In this document: piece by piece, positions 50,284 through 63,794 of the stretch
How the letters are laid out: the number at the start of each line of letters is the position of its first letter
How positions within the stretch are numbered: the stretch's first letter is position 1
NCBI GenBank assembly: GCA_965645245.1
Contig: OZ287070.1
Span: forward strand, 434,001-498,000
Direction: 5' to 3'
DNA: 64,000 nt
Origin: Massalongia carnosa
Lineage: Eukaryota
The notes under the pieces: generated by a model
Told to the model about the DNA's origin: nothing
What the model saw: only the letters and a program-made list of their open reading frames with translations
The model's database searches: none
Program-made: the position numbers and the translations under genes

Positions 50284-51146
50284 ATGTCAAGCCATTTACG
50301 TAAAAACTATCGGATCAATCTCAGCAGAACAATCCTCCAAGACGTTCAATAGCTCTTTCATATAAATTATCACTTTTTGGGATTCCTAACTTAAATTATT
50401 TATGCAAAGGCTTCGGAGTCGTCGTATGCAAATCTAAGGGAGATACTCTTTCGGTGCGATCTCGTCCACCAACCAAGAAGCTTGAACTCAGCTAATATGT
50501 TTCAGTCTATACCAATGGAGAGGTTGTGCAGACCTACAGATCATTTTTGGTGGCAGGAGTATCCTCGTTCATAGCTTTCTCATCTAGCCGAGGTCAAACT
50601 CTTTGAGGACTTATACAAAACGGTACTGAGTTAAGTGCGTGGAGTGACTCGCCTGATACTGACATAATTATCAAGAAAAACACATTCAATCTTTCCAATG
50701 ATAACTACTTCATAGTATAGAGAATGATCTAATAGTTTTATGGTCATATATACACATCTAGGCAGATTGAGAGCGCCTTAGAGCGCGAATAAGCCTATTC
50801 GACTCCGCTCATAATCCACATAGAAATATTTACTCTCAGGGTGAAATATTGAATCAACGATCTCAAGGAGGAGGCTAAGACTCGATTCATGAATGACTGT
50901 CGGCACGCCAGAACAGCAGCTGAATTCTTTACAGCAATTCCTTTTGTTTTCGAGAAAACGCCGTGCTCAGAACGGGCCTTGCGGGATGGAGTTCTTCTCT
51001 CCGTCCAAGTATATTGGCATGTGTTGTCGCGTTATCCAGCCTTCAAAGATGTCGTGGATCGGACATCGGAGTTCTCGGCTGATGTCCTCAAACTGATACT
51101 TCCATCTCGTGTGGCTTCAAGACGCCTCCTCGAAGGTGGAAGATGA
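50284..51146 (+). pseudogene. BTB/POZ-domain protein relic
   Basis: Fungal BTB C-terminal pattern H.EI..L.VKY*INDLKEEAKTRF...F..AI..VF..TP..ERALRD.V...EFSADVLK; many stops in the 5' part. Confidence 0.6.
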
Positions 51147-52512
51147 CCCCAGCAGGAGAAGCATTAACATATGCGCTGTTAGTTTCTCCTCCGCCGCTGA
51201 AAGAGCCATAGCGGATCCGACTCTCTTCTCGCGTGAGATTGTAAAAAGCCTCTAGATGTAGCAGTCGCAAGGGCTAATTTCTCTAGGGTTAGCTGATCTC
51301 AAGCTTGTCTTGACGTGGGTTATCCCGCCAAAATTCGGAATTGCGCCTGTGTACATACGGGGGCTTTCGTCGCTAGGGAGAGGGCGGGAGAAAGGTTCTT
51401 TTTATTTAAAGGCCCCTATTTCTCAAAATTCATAGCCTTTACCTTTGAGTTTAGCGCCTATCTCTTACCCTCGTGAAGTTTCTTGAATATTCGACGCTTA
51501 ACGCCATTTTCTAGGGGGCTCGTCTGCGCCAGGGAAACAAATAGGAACCCTATTCAAGTTTTCAGTGTATATGTATCGTATTGGGGCAAGGAAAAAACAC
51601 AGGGATATTCTCGCATTTACGTTATCAACTGAACCTATTATGTATTGAGACATAATGTTCCGGTAACCGGAAAACCTAACGTCCCCTTTTTGCTACCTGC
51701 CTGCGAGATCCCCTATTATGTATCCTTCCTGGTTTGTGGGGCCTTCTCTTCCCAACCCCCCCTTATTTCTATTTTTATTTTATTTTAAATCATTTTAAAT
51801 TTTATAGAGGTGTGTAATAAGTACCTTCTTTCACGCAACACTTCTACATACATATACCTACATACAGGTACAGAAGCCCTTTCGACCCTACAACTAGACC
51901 AGCTTTCCAAACCATAATGGCATTACGATCTTTCGAACATGATGGCTTTCGTCCTTGTAGATAGTTACCTTTACAATAGAGCTTGGCAATCCCTGGGAAA
52001 CTTTTGGGGTAAGTAAGTACATGAGGCGAAAATGGACCCCGTGGGGCCCCCCCCCGGGGGGGTGAGGGGGGGGTTTATGGAGGTAGCACCAAGAGCCTGC
52101 GTAAGTGGGTAATGGGATGGGCTATGGATATGAAAGGATTGGGTGGTAGATTGAGGATCTGGAGATATGTGGGAATGTATGTATGGAGACTGCTGTATTG
52201 TGTTGTGCTGCGGGGTGGGGCCGGAATGGCTGGAACGGAGAAACTCCTTTTCGACTATTGGAAGATTCAATGCGGCCTGGGATGTATTACTCGGTTGGTT
52301 GTTTGGCAGCAAAACTCCACGCGGGTCACGAAATCCGTAAACTCATACTGGCAGCAGACAACCTGGATGGAAAGTCTCAAGAAATCGATTTTCATCTCGT
52401 TAATAGAGAGCTCCCCAACCCTTTGCCCTTTCCCCTCTCCCCGCCCAAATCTTCCATTTATCTTCCTCTCACCTCCCTTATCTCAAGCCGCCGGTACACC
52501 AATCCCTTCCGC

Positions 52513-53123
52513 TCAACGCTTCTTCTGCTGCGACTCCTTCAGCACCTTCTTCACAATCTTCTGTTCCTCGATCAGAAACGCGCGCACGATCCGGTCCTTA
52601 ACACAGTTCGAGCACCGCGAGCCGCCGTAGGCGCGCTGCACGGTTTTCCTGGGCTTGGAGATGGTGGCGTATTCGCGGGGCCTGAGGGCGGGGATCTGTT
52701 TTTAGAGCGTTAGAGGTTTGGGTTTGGAAAGAGGTCGATATACTGGGATGGATGTAGGGAGCTCTTGGGAATGGGTTTTGGTGAGGAGAAGGAAGAGGGG
52801 ACAGACGCCGGGGAGTTTGATGCCGCAGTCACCGCATTTCGGAGGGGTGCCGCATTTCTTGATGTGCTGGTATCGGAGTTTTCCGCCGGGGGTTTTGATG
52901 ATGCGGACTTTGTTGGAGCGCGTATTGTAGCTGAATGGGAAAGATATGCAGTTAGTGGTGGAGTTCTTCCTTGAGGCCTGGTTCTTAGGCGCGATGAGAT
53001 ATTAAATTGGAGACTTACGGATTTCTCCGTCGCTGGGGGGTCGGGGTGGAGAAGGTTAGTAATTCGCACATTGTAGTTGCTGAGGGAGGGATAGCTAACA
53101 TATGTAAGTCTGGTAGATACCAT
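52513..53123 (-). CDS. RPL34: 60S ribosomal protein L34 (eL34); exons 53123-53100, 53032-53019, 52930-52807, 52695-52513
   Basis: Spliced product [106 protein letters not shown]. Confidence 0.97.
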
Positions 53124-53492
53124 TTTGGCTTGTTATGGGAAGATGGGAGTTTGGAGGATGTCGTCGCCGCGAAATTGAATGGAGTTTGTGTGTGCTGCAA
53201 GGTTTGGAATAGCCGAGGAGCTACTAACTAGACTGAAACGGGTTAGCTTAGCTACTCACGGCTTTTAGCGTTACAGCTTTGCTTCGGCGGCGAGAGCTTT
53301 CTGTACTCACTGTCACTCGCTTGCAGCAACGTTCTATCGGCTGTTATGAGAGCGTAGAGGCTGCTGTTGAACATTGAAGTTCAGGCCACCGCTGGTCATT
53401 AACCGCTATTGTTCACAGGAGCGTTGAAGATTGGGGAGCTAGGATTCTGATCGCGTCTATACCTCCACCATCACATTACCATACTGCTCAGC
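53124..53492. promoter_or_regulatory. Compact divergent intergenic region between RPL34 and PRP8, probable bidirectional promoter
   Basis: 369 bp between opposed ATGs. Confidence 0.5.
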
Positions 53493-56400
53493 ATGCCTTC
53501 CCTTCCACCTCCTCCAGGATGGGGAGCAGCACCGCTGTCTATGCCATCTGCTCCACCCCCGCCTGGCTATCAACCGCCTTCCGACCCTCAGGTGGCGAAG
53601 TTCGCACAGAAGAAGAAGGAATGGCTACGATCACAACGGAACCGATTCGGCGAAAAGCGAAAAACAGGGTTTGTCGAGACCCAGAAAGCAGACATGCCGC
53701 CGGAGCATCTTCGCAAGATTGTCAAGGACATTGGCGATGTATCGCAGAAGAAGTTTAGCAGCGACAAGAGGAGTTATCTGGGAGCTCTGAAGTTCATGCC
53801 CCATGCTGTGCTGAAGCTCTTGGAAAATATGCCTATGCCGTGGGAGTCATCGAGGGAGGTTAAAGTTCTGTATCACGTCAATGGATGTTTAACGATGGTC
53901 AATGAGATTCCGAGGGTTATCGAGCCGGTGTTTCATGCACAGTGGGCGACCATGTGGGTGTGCATGCGAAGGGAGAAGAGTGATCGAAGGCATTTTAAGC
54001 GCATGCGCTTCCCTCCATTCGATGATGAAGAGCCGCCGCTCTCATGGTCGGAGAATATCGAGGACGTGGAGCCTCTTGAGCCGATTCAGATGGAACTAGA
54101 CGAAGCCGAAGACGGGCCTGTCTTTGAATGGCTGTATGAACATCGGCCATTACTGGATACGCCCCACGTCAACGGTCCAAGCTACAAAGAATGGAATCTC
54201 ACTTTACCGCAGATGGCGACCCTCTATCGGCTCAGCCATCAACTTCTTAGCGATCTTGTTGATAAGAACTACTTCCATATGTTTGACCTCAACAGCTTCC
54301 TAACCGCCAAGGCGTTGAATGTTGCAATCCCTGGGGGCCCAAGGTTTGAGCCTTTGTATAAGGATGTTGATCCGAACGACGAGGATTTTGGAGAGTTCAA
54401 CGCTATTGATCGCATCATTTTCCGAGCACCGATTCGAACAGAATACCGCGTTGCGTTCCCTTTCCTCTACAATTCCCTCCCTCGCAGCGTTAAACTCTCG
54501 CATTACTCGTATCCACAAGTGGTATACGTGCGCGCCGAAGACCCGAGTCTTCCTGCTTTCTACTTCGACCCTATTATTAATCCGATCTCCTCTCGGTCGG
54601 TAGTCCCCAAGAACATCACTGTTAGCCATGAAGATGAGATATTCGGATTCGGCAATAACGAGGACGAGGAGTTCTCGCTACCGCCCAGTGTGGAGCCTTT
54701 CCTGGCAGACGAGGAACTCTATACTAGCGAAACATCTTCAGCTATTGCTCTTTGGTGGGCACCATTCCCATTCGATCGTCGATCCGGTCGTATGGTGCGT
54801 GCGCAAGACGTGCCCTTGGTAAAGCAATGGTATCTTGAGCATTGTCCGCAAGGCCAGCCGGTGAAGGTCCGAGTATCTTACCAGAAGCTGCTGAAGACTT
54901 ATGTCTTGAATGAGTTACACAAGAAGAAACCAAAGGCCCAGAATAAGCAGAACCTGATGACCTCTCTTCGATCCACCAAATTTTTCCAGCAAACCACCAT
55001 TGATTGGGTTGAAGCGGGTCTTCAAGTTTGCCGTCAGGGCTTCAATATGCTGAATTTACTCATCCACCGAAAGAATCTTACATACTTGCACTTGGACTAT
55101 AATTTCAACCTTAAGCCTGTGAAGACGCTAACCACAAAGGAGCGGAAAAAGTCACGTTTTGGGAATGCCTTCCATTTGATGCGGGAGATCCTTCGGTTGA
55201 CCAAGCTAATTGTTGATGCCCAAGTTCAATATCGCCTTGGTAACATTGATGCCTTCCAATTAGCAGACGGTATACTTTATGCCTTCAACCACGTTGGGCA
55301 ACTTACAGGGATGTATCGATACAAGTATAAGCTGATGCACCAGATTCGATCGTGTAAAGATCTTAAGCATCTTATTTATTACCGGTTCAACTCCGGTCCT
55401 GTAGGAAAGGGCCCGGGATGTGGGTTTTGGGCACCGGCCTGGAGGGTATGGTTGTTCTTCATGAGAGGCATCATTCCATTGCTTGAGCGATGGTTGGGGA
55501 ATCTGCTTTCCAGACAGTTTGAAGGTCGGCACAGTAAAGGCGTCGCAAAGACCGTTACGAAGCAAAGAGTGGAGTCACACTTTGATCTTGAGCTGCGTGC
55601 ATCCGTCATGGCAGATCTTATGGATATGATGCCTGAAGGGATCAAACAGAACAAGGTCAACACTGTATTGCAGCATCTGTCTGAGGCATGGAGATGCTGG
55701 AAGAGTAATATTCCTTGGAAGGTGCCAGGCCTGCCTGCGCCCATCGAAAACATTATCTTACGATATGTTAAGAGTAAAGCGGATTGGTGGATTTCCGTTG
55801 CGCATTACAATCGTGAACGCATCAGAAGGGGTGCAACGGTTGACAAGACCGTTGCCAAGAAAAATCTAGGCCGACTGACACGACTTTGGCTAAAGGCTGA
55901 GCAGGAACGACAGCACAACTATATGAAAGACGGTCCCTACGTATCTTCCGAAGAAGCTGTTGCAATTTACACTACTACTGTTCATTGGCTCGAGTCCAGG
56001 AAATATTCTCCTATTCCATTCCCAGCAGTCTCCTATAAGCACGATACCAAAATCTTGATCCTGGCTTTAGAGCGATTGCGAGAAGCCTACTCTGTAAAGG
56101 GGCGTCTCAATCAGAGCCAGAGAGAAGAGCTTGCGCTAATTGAACAAGCTTATGACTCTCCTGGGACAACGCTAACCCGGATCAAGCGGTTCTTACTGAC
56201 TCAACGGGCCTTTAAAGAAGTTGGTATCGACATGAACGATAATTATAGCAGTATCAATCCTGTCTATGACATCGAGCCAATCGAGAAGATCACCGATGCT
56301 TATCTTGATCAGTATCTATGGTATCAAGCAGATCAACGGCATCTTTTCCCTGCATGGATCAAACCTTCAGACTCCGAAGTACCACCACTCCTCACATACA

Positions 56401-59400
56401 AGTGGGCTCAAGGAATCAATAACCTTGGTGGTGTATGGGAGACTGCAGAAGGGGAGTGTAACGTGATGATCGAAACTCAATTATCGAAGGTGTATGAGAA
56501 AATTGATCTTACGCTGCTAAATCGACTCACACGGTTGATTATGGATCACAACTTGGCGGATTACATCTCCTCCAAGAACAATGTTCAATTGAACTACAAA
56601 GACATGAATCACACCAATAACTATGGCATGATCAGAGGCTTGCAGTTCTCGGCGTTTGTGTTCCAATATTATGGACTGGTTCTGGATTTACTACTTCTTG
56701 GTTTACAGCGTGCGAGCGAGATTGCTGGCCCGCCCCAGAGTCCAAACGACTTCTTGCAGTTTCGAGATCGCACCACGGAAACCAAACATCCAATTCGTCT
56801 CTACACTAGGTACATTGACCGTATCTGGGTCTTCTTAAGATTTTCTGCAGACGAGTCGAGGGATCTGATCCAGCGATTTCTGACAGAGCAGCCAGATCCT
56901 AATTTTGAAAATGTAATTGGTTATCGCAACAAGAAGTGCTGGCCGCGAGACTCGCGAATGAGGCTAATGCGACACGATGTCAATTTGGGCCGGGCGGTAT
57001 TTTGGGACCTGAAAAACAGGCTTCCGAGATCCGTTACAACTATTGAATGGGATGATACGTTTGCTAGCGTGTATAGTAAGGACAACCCAAACCTGCTGTT
57101 CTCGATGAGTGGGTTTGAGGTACGGATTTTGCCTAAGATCCGCAACATGAACGAAGAATTCCAGGTAAAGGACAGCGTCTGGTCACTTGTGGATAACACA
57201 ACGAAAGAGCGAACAGCCCATGCGTTCCTTCAGGTTACAGAGGAGGACATTCAAAAATTCAATAATCGGATCCGGCAAATTCTGATGTCTTCTGGTTCAA
57301 CTACCTTCACCAAAATTGCCAATAAATGGAATACAAGCCTAATCGCACTATTCACCTATTATCGCGAAGCTGCTGTCTCCACCGTCAATCTTCTAGATAC
57401 GATAGTGAAATGCGAGACAAAAATCCAAACACGGGTCAAGATCGGCCTGAACTCCAAAATGCCCTCCAGGTTTCCACCCGCCGTTTTCTATACGCCAAAA
57501 GAATTGGGTGGTTTGGGTATGATATCCGGTTCACATATCCTAATTCCAACCAGTGACAAGCGGTGGTCAAAGCAAACCGATACTGGTGTAACACATTACC
57601 GGGCAGGTATGAGTCACGATGAAGAAACGCTTATCCCAAATATCTTCAGATATATCATCCCTTGGGAGGCTGAGTTCATCGACTCACAACGTGTCTGGAC
57701 CGAATACTCGCAGAAGCGACAAGAGGCTAATCAGCAAAATCGTCGTCTGACTCTTGAGGACTTGGAGGATAGTTGGGATCGGGGTTTGCCTCGCATTAAT
57801 ACCCTGTTCCAGAAGGATCGAAGTACACTTAGCTTCGACAAAGGGTTTAGGGCGCGGACAGAGTTTAAGACCTATCAGCTGATGAAGAGCAATCCGTTTT
57901 GGTGGACGAGCCAAAGACACGATGGTAAGCTGTGGAATCTAAACGCATACCGGACGGATGTTATCCAAGCTCTTGGTGGTGTCGAAACCATCCTCGAACA
58001 TACCTTGTTCAAGGCTACAGCATTTCCATCTTGGGAAGGTCTCTTCTGGGAAAAGGCTTCGGGATTCGAGGAGTCGATGAAATTTAAGAAACTGACCAAT
58101 GCGCAGCGTTCCGGTCTGAACCAAATTCCAAATCGGCGCTTCACATTATGGTGGTCGCCCACAATCAATCGCGCCAATGTCTATGTAGGCTTTCAAGTGC
58201 AGCTTGATCTGACTGGTATATTTTTGCACGGCAAGATTCCAACACTTAAGATCTCTCTGATTCAGATATTCCGAGCCCATCTATGGCAGAAAATCCACGA
58301 ATCGGTGGTCATGGATTTGTGTCAAGTTTTCGATCAAGAGTTGGATCAATTAGGCATTGAAACCGTACAAAAGGAGACCATCCATCCTAGAAAGTCCTAC
58401 AAGATGAACAGCTCCTGCGCTGATATACTTCTCTTTGCCACTCACAAATGGAACGTTACAAGGCCTTCGATCTTATTCGATACCAAGGATATTACGGAGC
58501 CGACAACCACTAACAAATTCTGGGTCGATGTTCAACTTCGGTATGGTGATTATGATTCGCATGACATTGAGCGGTATGTACGTGCAAAGTATCTAGATTA
58601 TACTACCGATAGCATGAGTATATATCCATCTCCAACAGGGTTGATGATTGGTATTGATCTTGCCTATAACTTATACTCGGCATACGGCCAGTATTTCCCT
58701 GGGCTTAAAAGTTTGATCCAGCATGCAATGGCAAAGATCATGAAAGCCAATCCTGCTCTCTACGTTCTTCGCGAACGTATCAGGAAAGGTTTACAGCTAT
58801 ATGCGTCGGAGAGTAACCAAGAGTTTTTGAACTCGCAGAATTATTCAGAGCTCTTTAGCAATCAGATACAGCTGTTCATTGATGACACGAACGTATACCG
58901 GGTTACCATTCATAAGACGTTTGAGGGCAATCTCACCACGAAACCCATAAATGGAGCAATTTTTATCTTCAATCCTAGGACTGGCCAGCTATTCCTCAAG
59001 ATCATCCACACTAGTGTCTGGGCCGGACAAAAACGGTTGGGTCAGTTAGCTAAATGGAAGACCGCGGAGGAAGTAGCAGCCTTGATCCGATCGCTACCAG
59101 TCGAAGAGCAGCCAAAACAGCTTATTGTAACGAGAAAAGGCTTATTGGATCCACTGGAAGTACACTTGTTAGACTTTCCTAACATTTCGATTCGAGCTTC
59201 TGAGCTTCAACTGCCCTTCCAAGCGGCCATGAAGGTGGAGAAACTGGCAGATATGATCCTTCGTGCCACCGAGCCAAAGATGATGCTATACAATCTTTAT
59301 GATGAATGGCTGAAGACGATATCCTCGTACACAGCCTTCTCGCGGCTCATCCTTATCCTGCGCGCGCTGCATGTCAATCAAGACAAGACTAAACTGCTTC

Positions 59401-60660
59401 TGCGTCCCGATAAAACTGTTATCACCAAGGAGCATCATATATGGCCAACCCTTTCCGATGAGGATTGGATGAAAGTAGAAGTGCAACTACGAGATCTGAT
59501 CTTGAATGATTATGGGAAGAAGAACAATGTCAATACCTCGAGCTTAACCAGCAGTGAAGTTCGGGACATAATTCTAGGCATGGAAATCAGCGCACCGTCA
59601 ATGCAACGGCAACAAGCTGCCGAAATCGAAAAGCAGAAAGAAGAGCAGCAGCAGCTTACGGCTGTTACCACCAAAACCCAAAACGTTCATGGCGAAGATA
59701 TCATCGTCACGACTACTTCACAGTTCGAACAGCAATCCTTTGCCTCGAAAACCGAATGGCGCACCCGAGCCATAGCCACTTCTAATCTTCGAACCCGCGC
59801 CAACAACATTTACATTTCCTCTGACGATATACGCGAAGACGATCACTTCACCTACATCATGCCCAAAAACATTCTCAAGCGCTTTATCACCATCGCTGAT
59901 CTGCGCGTTCAAGTTGCCGGCTACCTTTATGGCAGCTCACCACCAGACAACGCCCAAGTCAAGGAAATCCGCACCATAGTCATGATTCCTCAAGTCGGCA
60001 ACACCCGAGACATTCAGCTGCCGCATCAACTACCCCAACACCCGAACCTCACCAGCCTTGAACCCCTAGGTCTTATCCACACCGTTTCCGGCAACGAAAC
60101 TTCTTACATGACCGCTCCCGACACGACTCAGCACGCGCGTCTTATGGCCGTGCACCCAACCTGGGACAAGAAAACCGTCACCATGACCGTCTCCTTCACG
60201 CCCGGCTCCGTCTCGCTGGCTGCATGGGCCCTCACGCCTGCAGGCTACAAATGGGGCAGCGAAAACCGTGACCTGAGCAGCGACCAGCCGCAGGGGTTCT
60301 CGACTACATCCATGAGCGAGAAATGTCAGCTTCTGCTTAGCGATAAGATTAGAGGGTACTTCCTTGTGCCGGAAGGGAATTTGTGGAATTATAGTTTTAT
60401 GGGTAGTTCGTTTGGGAGTGTGGAGAAAAAGGGAGTTTTTGTGAAGATGGATACGCCGTTGGTAAGTCTAGGTGTCTTGTCTTTTTCTCTTTTTTGGTGT
60501 AATCTATCTTTCTTGCAGCTTTACCCTGGAAAAAGGCATGCCGCAACTGTGCTAATAAGTTCCATAGTCGTTCTATGCCGACCAGCACCGCCCGCTGCAT
60601 TTCCAGAATTTCGCCGAGCTCGAGGACATTTGGGTCGATCGCACCGACAATTTCGAATAG
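53493..60660 (+). CDS. PRP8: Pre-mRNA splicing factor Prp8, no intein; exons 53493-60461 and 60568-60660
   Basis: [32 protein letters not shown] and the other Prp8 blocks; terminal intron GTAAGT..GCTAAT..TAG gives the conserved end [25 protein letters not shown]. Confidence 0.98.
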
Positions 60661-61578
60661 ATTATCTCAAGTCACTTCTACACACTTCCTCTTATCATGA
60701 ATGAGAGCATCGTTTTAGTTATCTGCCGAGCCGAAGGAAAAAGGACGGGGCATCTTAGCTCTCCTATAACTTTATGGCTTGAAGAGGGAGAAAACTAGGG
60801 GGGGGAAGGTTAGGGGGGGGGGGGGTAAAAGGAATGGCAAGGGTTGCGGACATGCGACAGGGTCAGGCTGCCATGCGCTGTTACGAGGTGCGGAGATTTT
60901 CGTTGCTGATGGTTATTTATTCTACTGTACAACAGCCGCCAAGGAACCTTTCTATCGTTCCCCTTCCAGTTGGAGAGATGGTGATGATAAGCCGCGTACG
61001 TACGTACGTACCTATGGATTGGACGCTTCCGCATTAAGAAAAATCGCGAGGGAAGAGAGAGCAAGGGATGGGGCTGGCAAGGCCTTGGTGTGGGGGGGGG
61101 TTGTAAAAGTAAATAGTAATAGAAAAATATAAAAAATATAAAAAATCAAACACAGCTAGCCAAGTAATCGTGAGCAGCTTTAACTACCCATGCAGTTAAA
61201 GCTTACCTCGCTCGCTACGTACATACATACAGAGTACCTATTGTAGCTAGTGATGTACCTCACCTAAGTCCCATACGGGAGTGCATACCAACCACCCGCC
61301 GAATTATCACGCCCCCCCCAATCGGCAACCCCCGGGTCTGCTATCCCAAAAACCAAAAAAAAACAGGTCGGTTATGTGTTTGTGTGGGGGAGATATACGT
61401 ACATGCGTACGTACGTACGTATTCTTCTTCTTACCTATCTAATAAATACACTTCCCCTCCGCTCCCCAAGCCGCGGAACCCTTCTTCGCTTCGCTCGCTG
61501 AACTCCCCAACCGCCGTGCGGTACGGCGCCCTCCCCCCAAAAAGCACATAAACAGCAAAGAATAAAGAACGGAAAGCC

Positions 61579-63023
61579 CTAGCATCGATATTCAGGCTTC
61601 ACGTAATCCGCAAAGGTCTTGGGTTCCTCGTAGTTGTGATGGCCGTCATCGTCTGCACGTTGGAGAAAAGGGATTAGCATACTGCTGGTTTCCTCCCCAA
61701 AACTCCTTTCGTCTTCCCCCTTCGCCAGGAAATGCTATCCGGACGGGTTACATGAACACCAACGCCCCTGGGACCAAAAGAAAACACCGAGTTCCTGCAG
61801 CAAGGATCGAGAAGAGGAAGAGAAGGGATGACGCGGAAGAGAAAGAGGGCAACATACGATGCGCGTGAGGATCGTCGGCCGGGCCTACGTATTCCATTTT
61901 GAGAACGTTGCCGCACTCGGGACAGCGCTCGACAGGACGATCCCGGGACATCTGGTGTTTTCGAACATGCGAGGTTAGATTCAGAAGCGAAAGAGAATGG
62001 GAGTGAGAGGAAATACAGTCAACCAGAGAACGACATGCGAGTCGGCGGGGTAGCCTGTACAGCCGGCGTATTGCTCATCGCCGAAGGATTTGACCATAAT
62101 GGGGTTGTCTAAGGTTCCTATTTGCATTTGGTGTCAGCAGCAGGCTTGGGCTGAAACTCCTCCAGTCTCTTTCTTCTCAAAACTTTGTACTCAACGCCCG
62201 CTCGATATCCCAGGACCTCCCCAATTAAAATCTCCTCATATAACCACAACTCCCCAGCTCAATCCCTTTTTTCCCTTTTCACATAGCCTCAAGAAACCCA
62301 AAAAAACACAGCAAAAGAAAAACGCACACACCTTTCCGCGAGGCATCCAGAGGTTTCATATCAAACACATCAATCCCCTGCATCTTGCCCAATATCTCCA
62401 GTCGCTCCAACCCCGTAGCTTGCTCAAGGTCCGTGGGTACGGTGCCGGGCTCTGCGCCGGGCCCATAGAGGTCGTCAAAGGATTTGACTTCTGTATAGAC
62501 ACGCGCGGGAAGCTCGGGGAATTAGTGAGTGTGGTTTAGACGAGATAGATAATGCGAATAGCGTGGAGAGCGCGTTGGAGATAGGGTTTTGCAAGGAGGA
62601 TGAGGTATGCGCGTGAAGTAAAAACGCCACGCTCTTCATCGTCCCCCTCCCTCCCCCCCCAAAACCCTCCAATCCTCCAGGAGATCAAAACCCCCAGCCA
62701 AGCATACCTTCAAAAGGAACCATCCGCTTCACAGGCGCCGATCCCTCCGCATCCTTAGGTTTCGCCGCCTCCGCATTTCCTAGATGAACAGAGTAGGAAA
62801 GTCAGCATCAAGGAGCGCTACAAATTGCAAAATGGGGTGCAGAGTAGGAAAGTCAGCATCAAGGAGCGCTACAAATTGCAAAATGGGGTGCATAGAAGGG
62901 GAAAGGGAGGGAGAGAAACCCACGGCGCACAACAGAGAAAGAGATGAAGCTGCGCTGCACCGCTACGGGCGGTACGATGGCGGCGCGCCGGGCGAGGGCA
63001 ATGGCTGAACGGCGGAGTAACAT
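61579..63023 (-). CDS. COX4: Cytochrome c oxidase subunit IV (Cox4/COX5B family); exons 63023-62924, 62779-62708, 62490-62332, 62117-62017, 61951-61858, 61652-61579
   Basis: Arg-rich mitochondrial presequence; GPGAEPGTVPTDLEQATGLERLEILGK, GTLDNPI, GCTGYPADSH, RCPECGNVLKM, EPKTFADYVKPEY. Confidence 0.95.
62789..62890. repeat. Perfect 51-bp tandem duplication in COX4 intron 1
   Basis: CAGAGTAGGAAAGTCAGCATCAAGGAGCGCTACAAATTGCAAAATGGGGTG twice. Confidence 0.95.
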
Positions 63024-63794
63024 GCTGGTATTTTGTGATTGGGTGTTTTAGGGTGGAGTGGTGAGGTGAGGTTTCTGGATGTTCGGGTACGAGAGATGGT
63101 CACGTGTTATTGATTCTTTCGCGAGGAGGTAACAAACGCTAGGCTTGTTTTGGAACGAGGTACATGGAGGGTTGAGCTAATCGGTAGGGAAGGGAAGCGG
63201 TCAGGCAGGGTCGCATGGTTTTTGGGGGAGAGAAGATGCCAATCAGGGAGGACCACGTTGAAAGACATCCTAATTCTGGATAAACACTTTGGAAAGGATA
63301 GGAATAGGTGGGCAGAGTTGGGCAAAGGTTGATATACATATATCGAACCATATCGCTCACGGAATGCTTTCCAAACTTCCTTCCATTTATATTACTCAAC
63401 TATTTATCCTTTTTGAGCATATTGAGAATAATCCGTTCTTCTCATTCCTTCTCCTCTCCTTCTCCTCCTCGATCATCGTCCTTTGATATCTCCTCCACCA
63501 CCTTCATCAAACACAAAAAATAGGCTAGGTATCAAGTACCCACGTCCCAGGTTGCCATGTAGAGAAAAAGGCCGAGCAAGTCATGCTCGTATCTCGCTTT
63601 ATCATATCCGCTCCAGCCGTTCCAACGAGAGTGCACTTCTTGCGCTGACGCATGAAGCAGCACATCGGATGTTATCCGAACTATGCTTGTCGCCGGGTCG
63701 GCCGGAGTAGGTCATCGGGGAACCAGCCCCGATTAGTCATTACGGAAATTGATCGCATGAATATGCTGTATCAACTTCTGCCTCTTTGGTTCAC

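Noticed and set aside
58036..58080. PRP8 intein
   Set aside because: The usual fungal insertion site reads contiguously [12 protein letters not shown], so this is an empty allele
60462..60704. Novel C-terminal extension of Prp8 in the 2403-aa ORF
   Set aside because: Read-through of intron 60462-60567; splicing gives the normal C terminus
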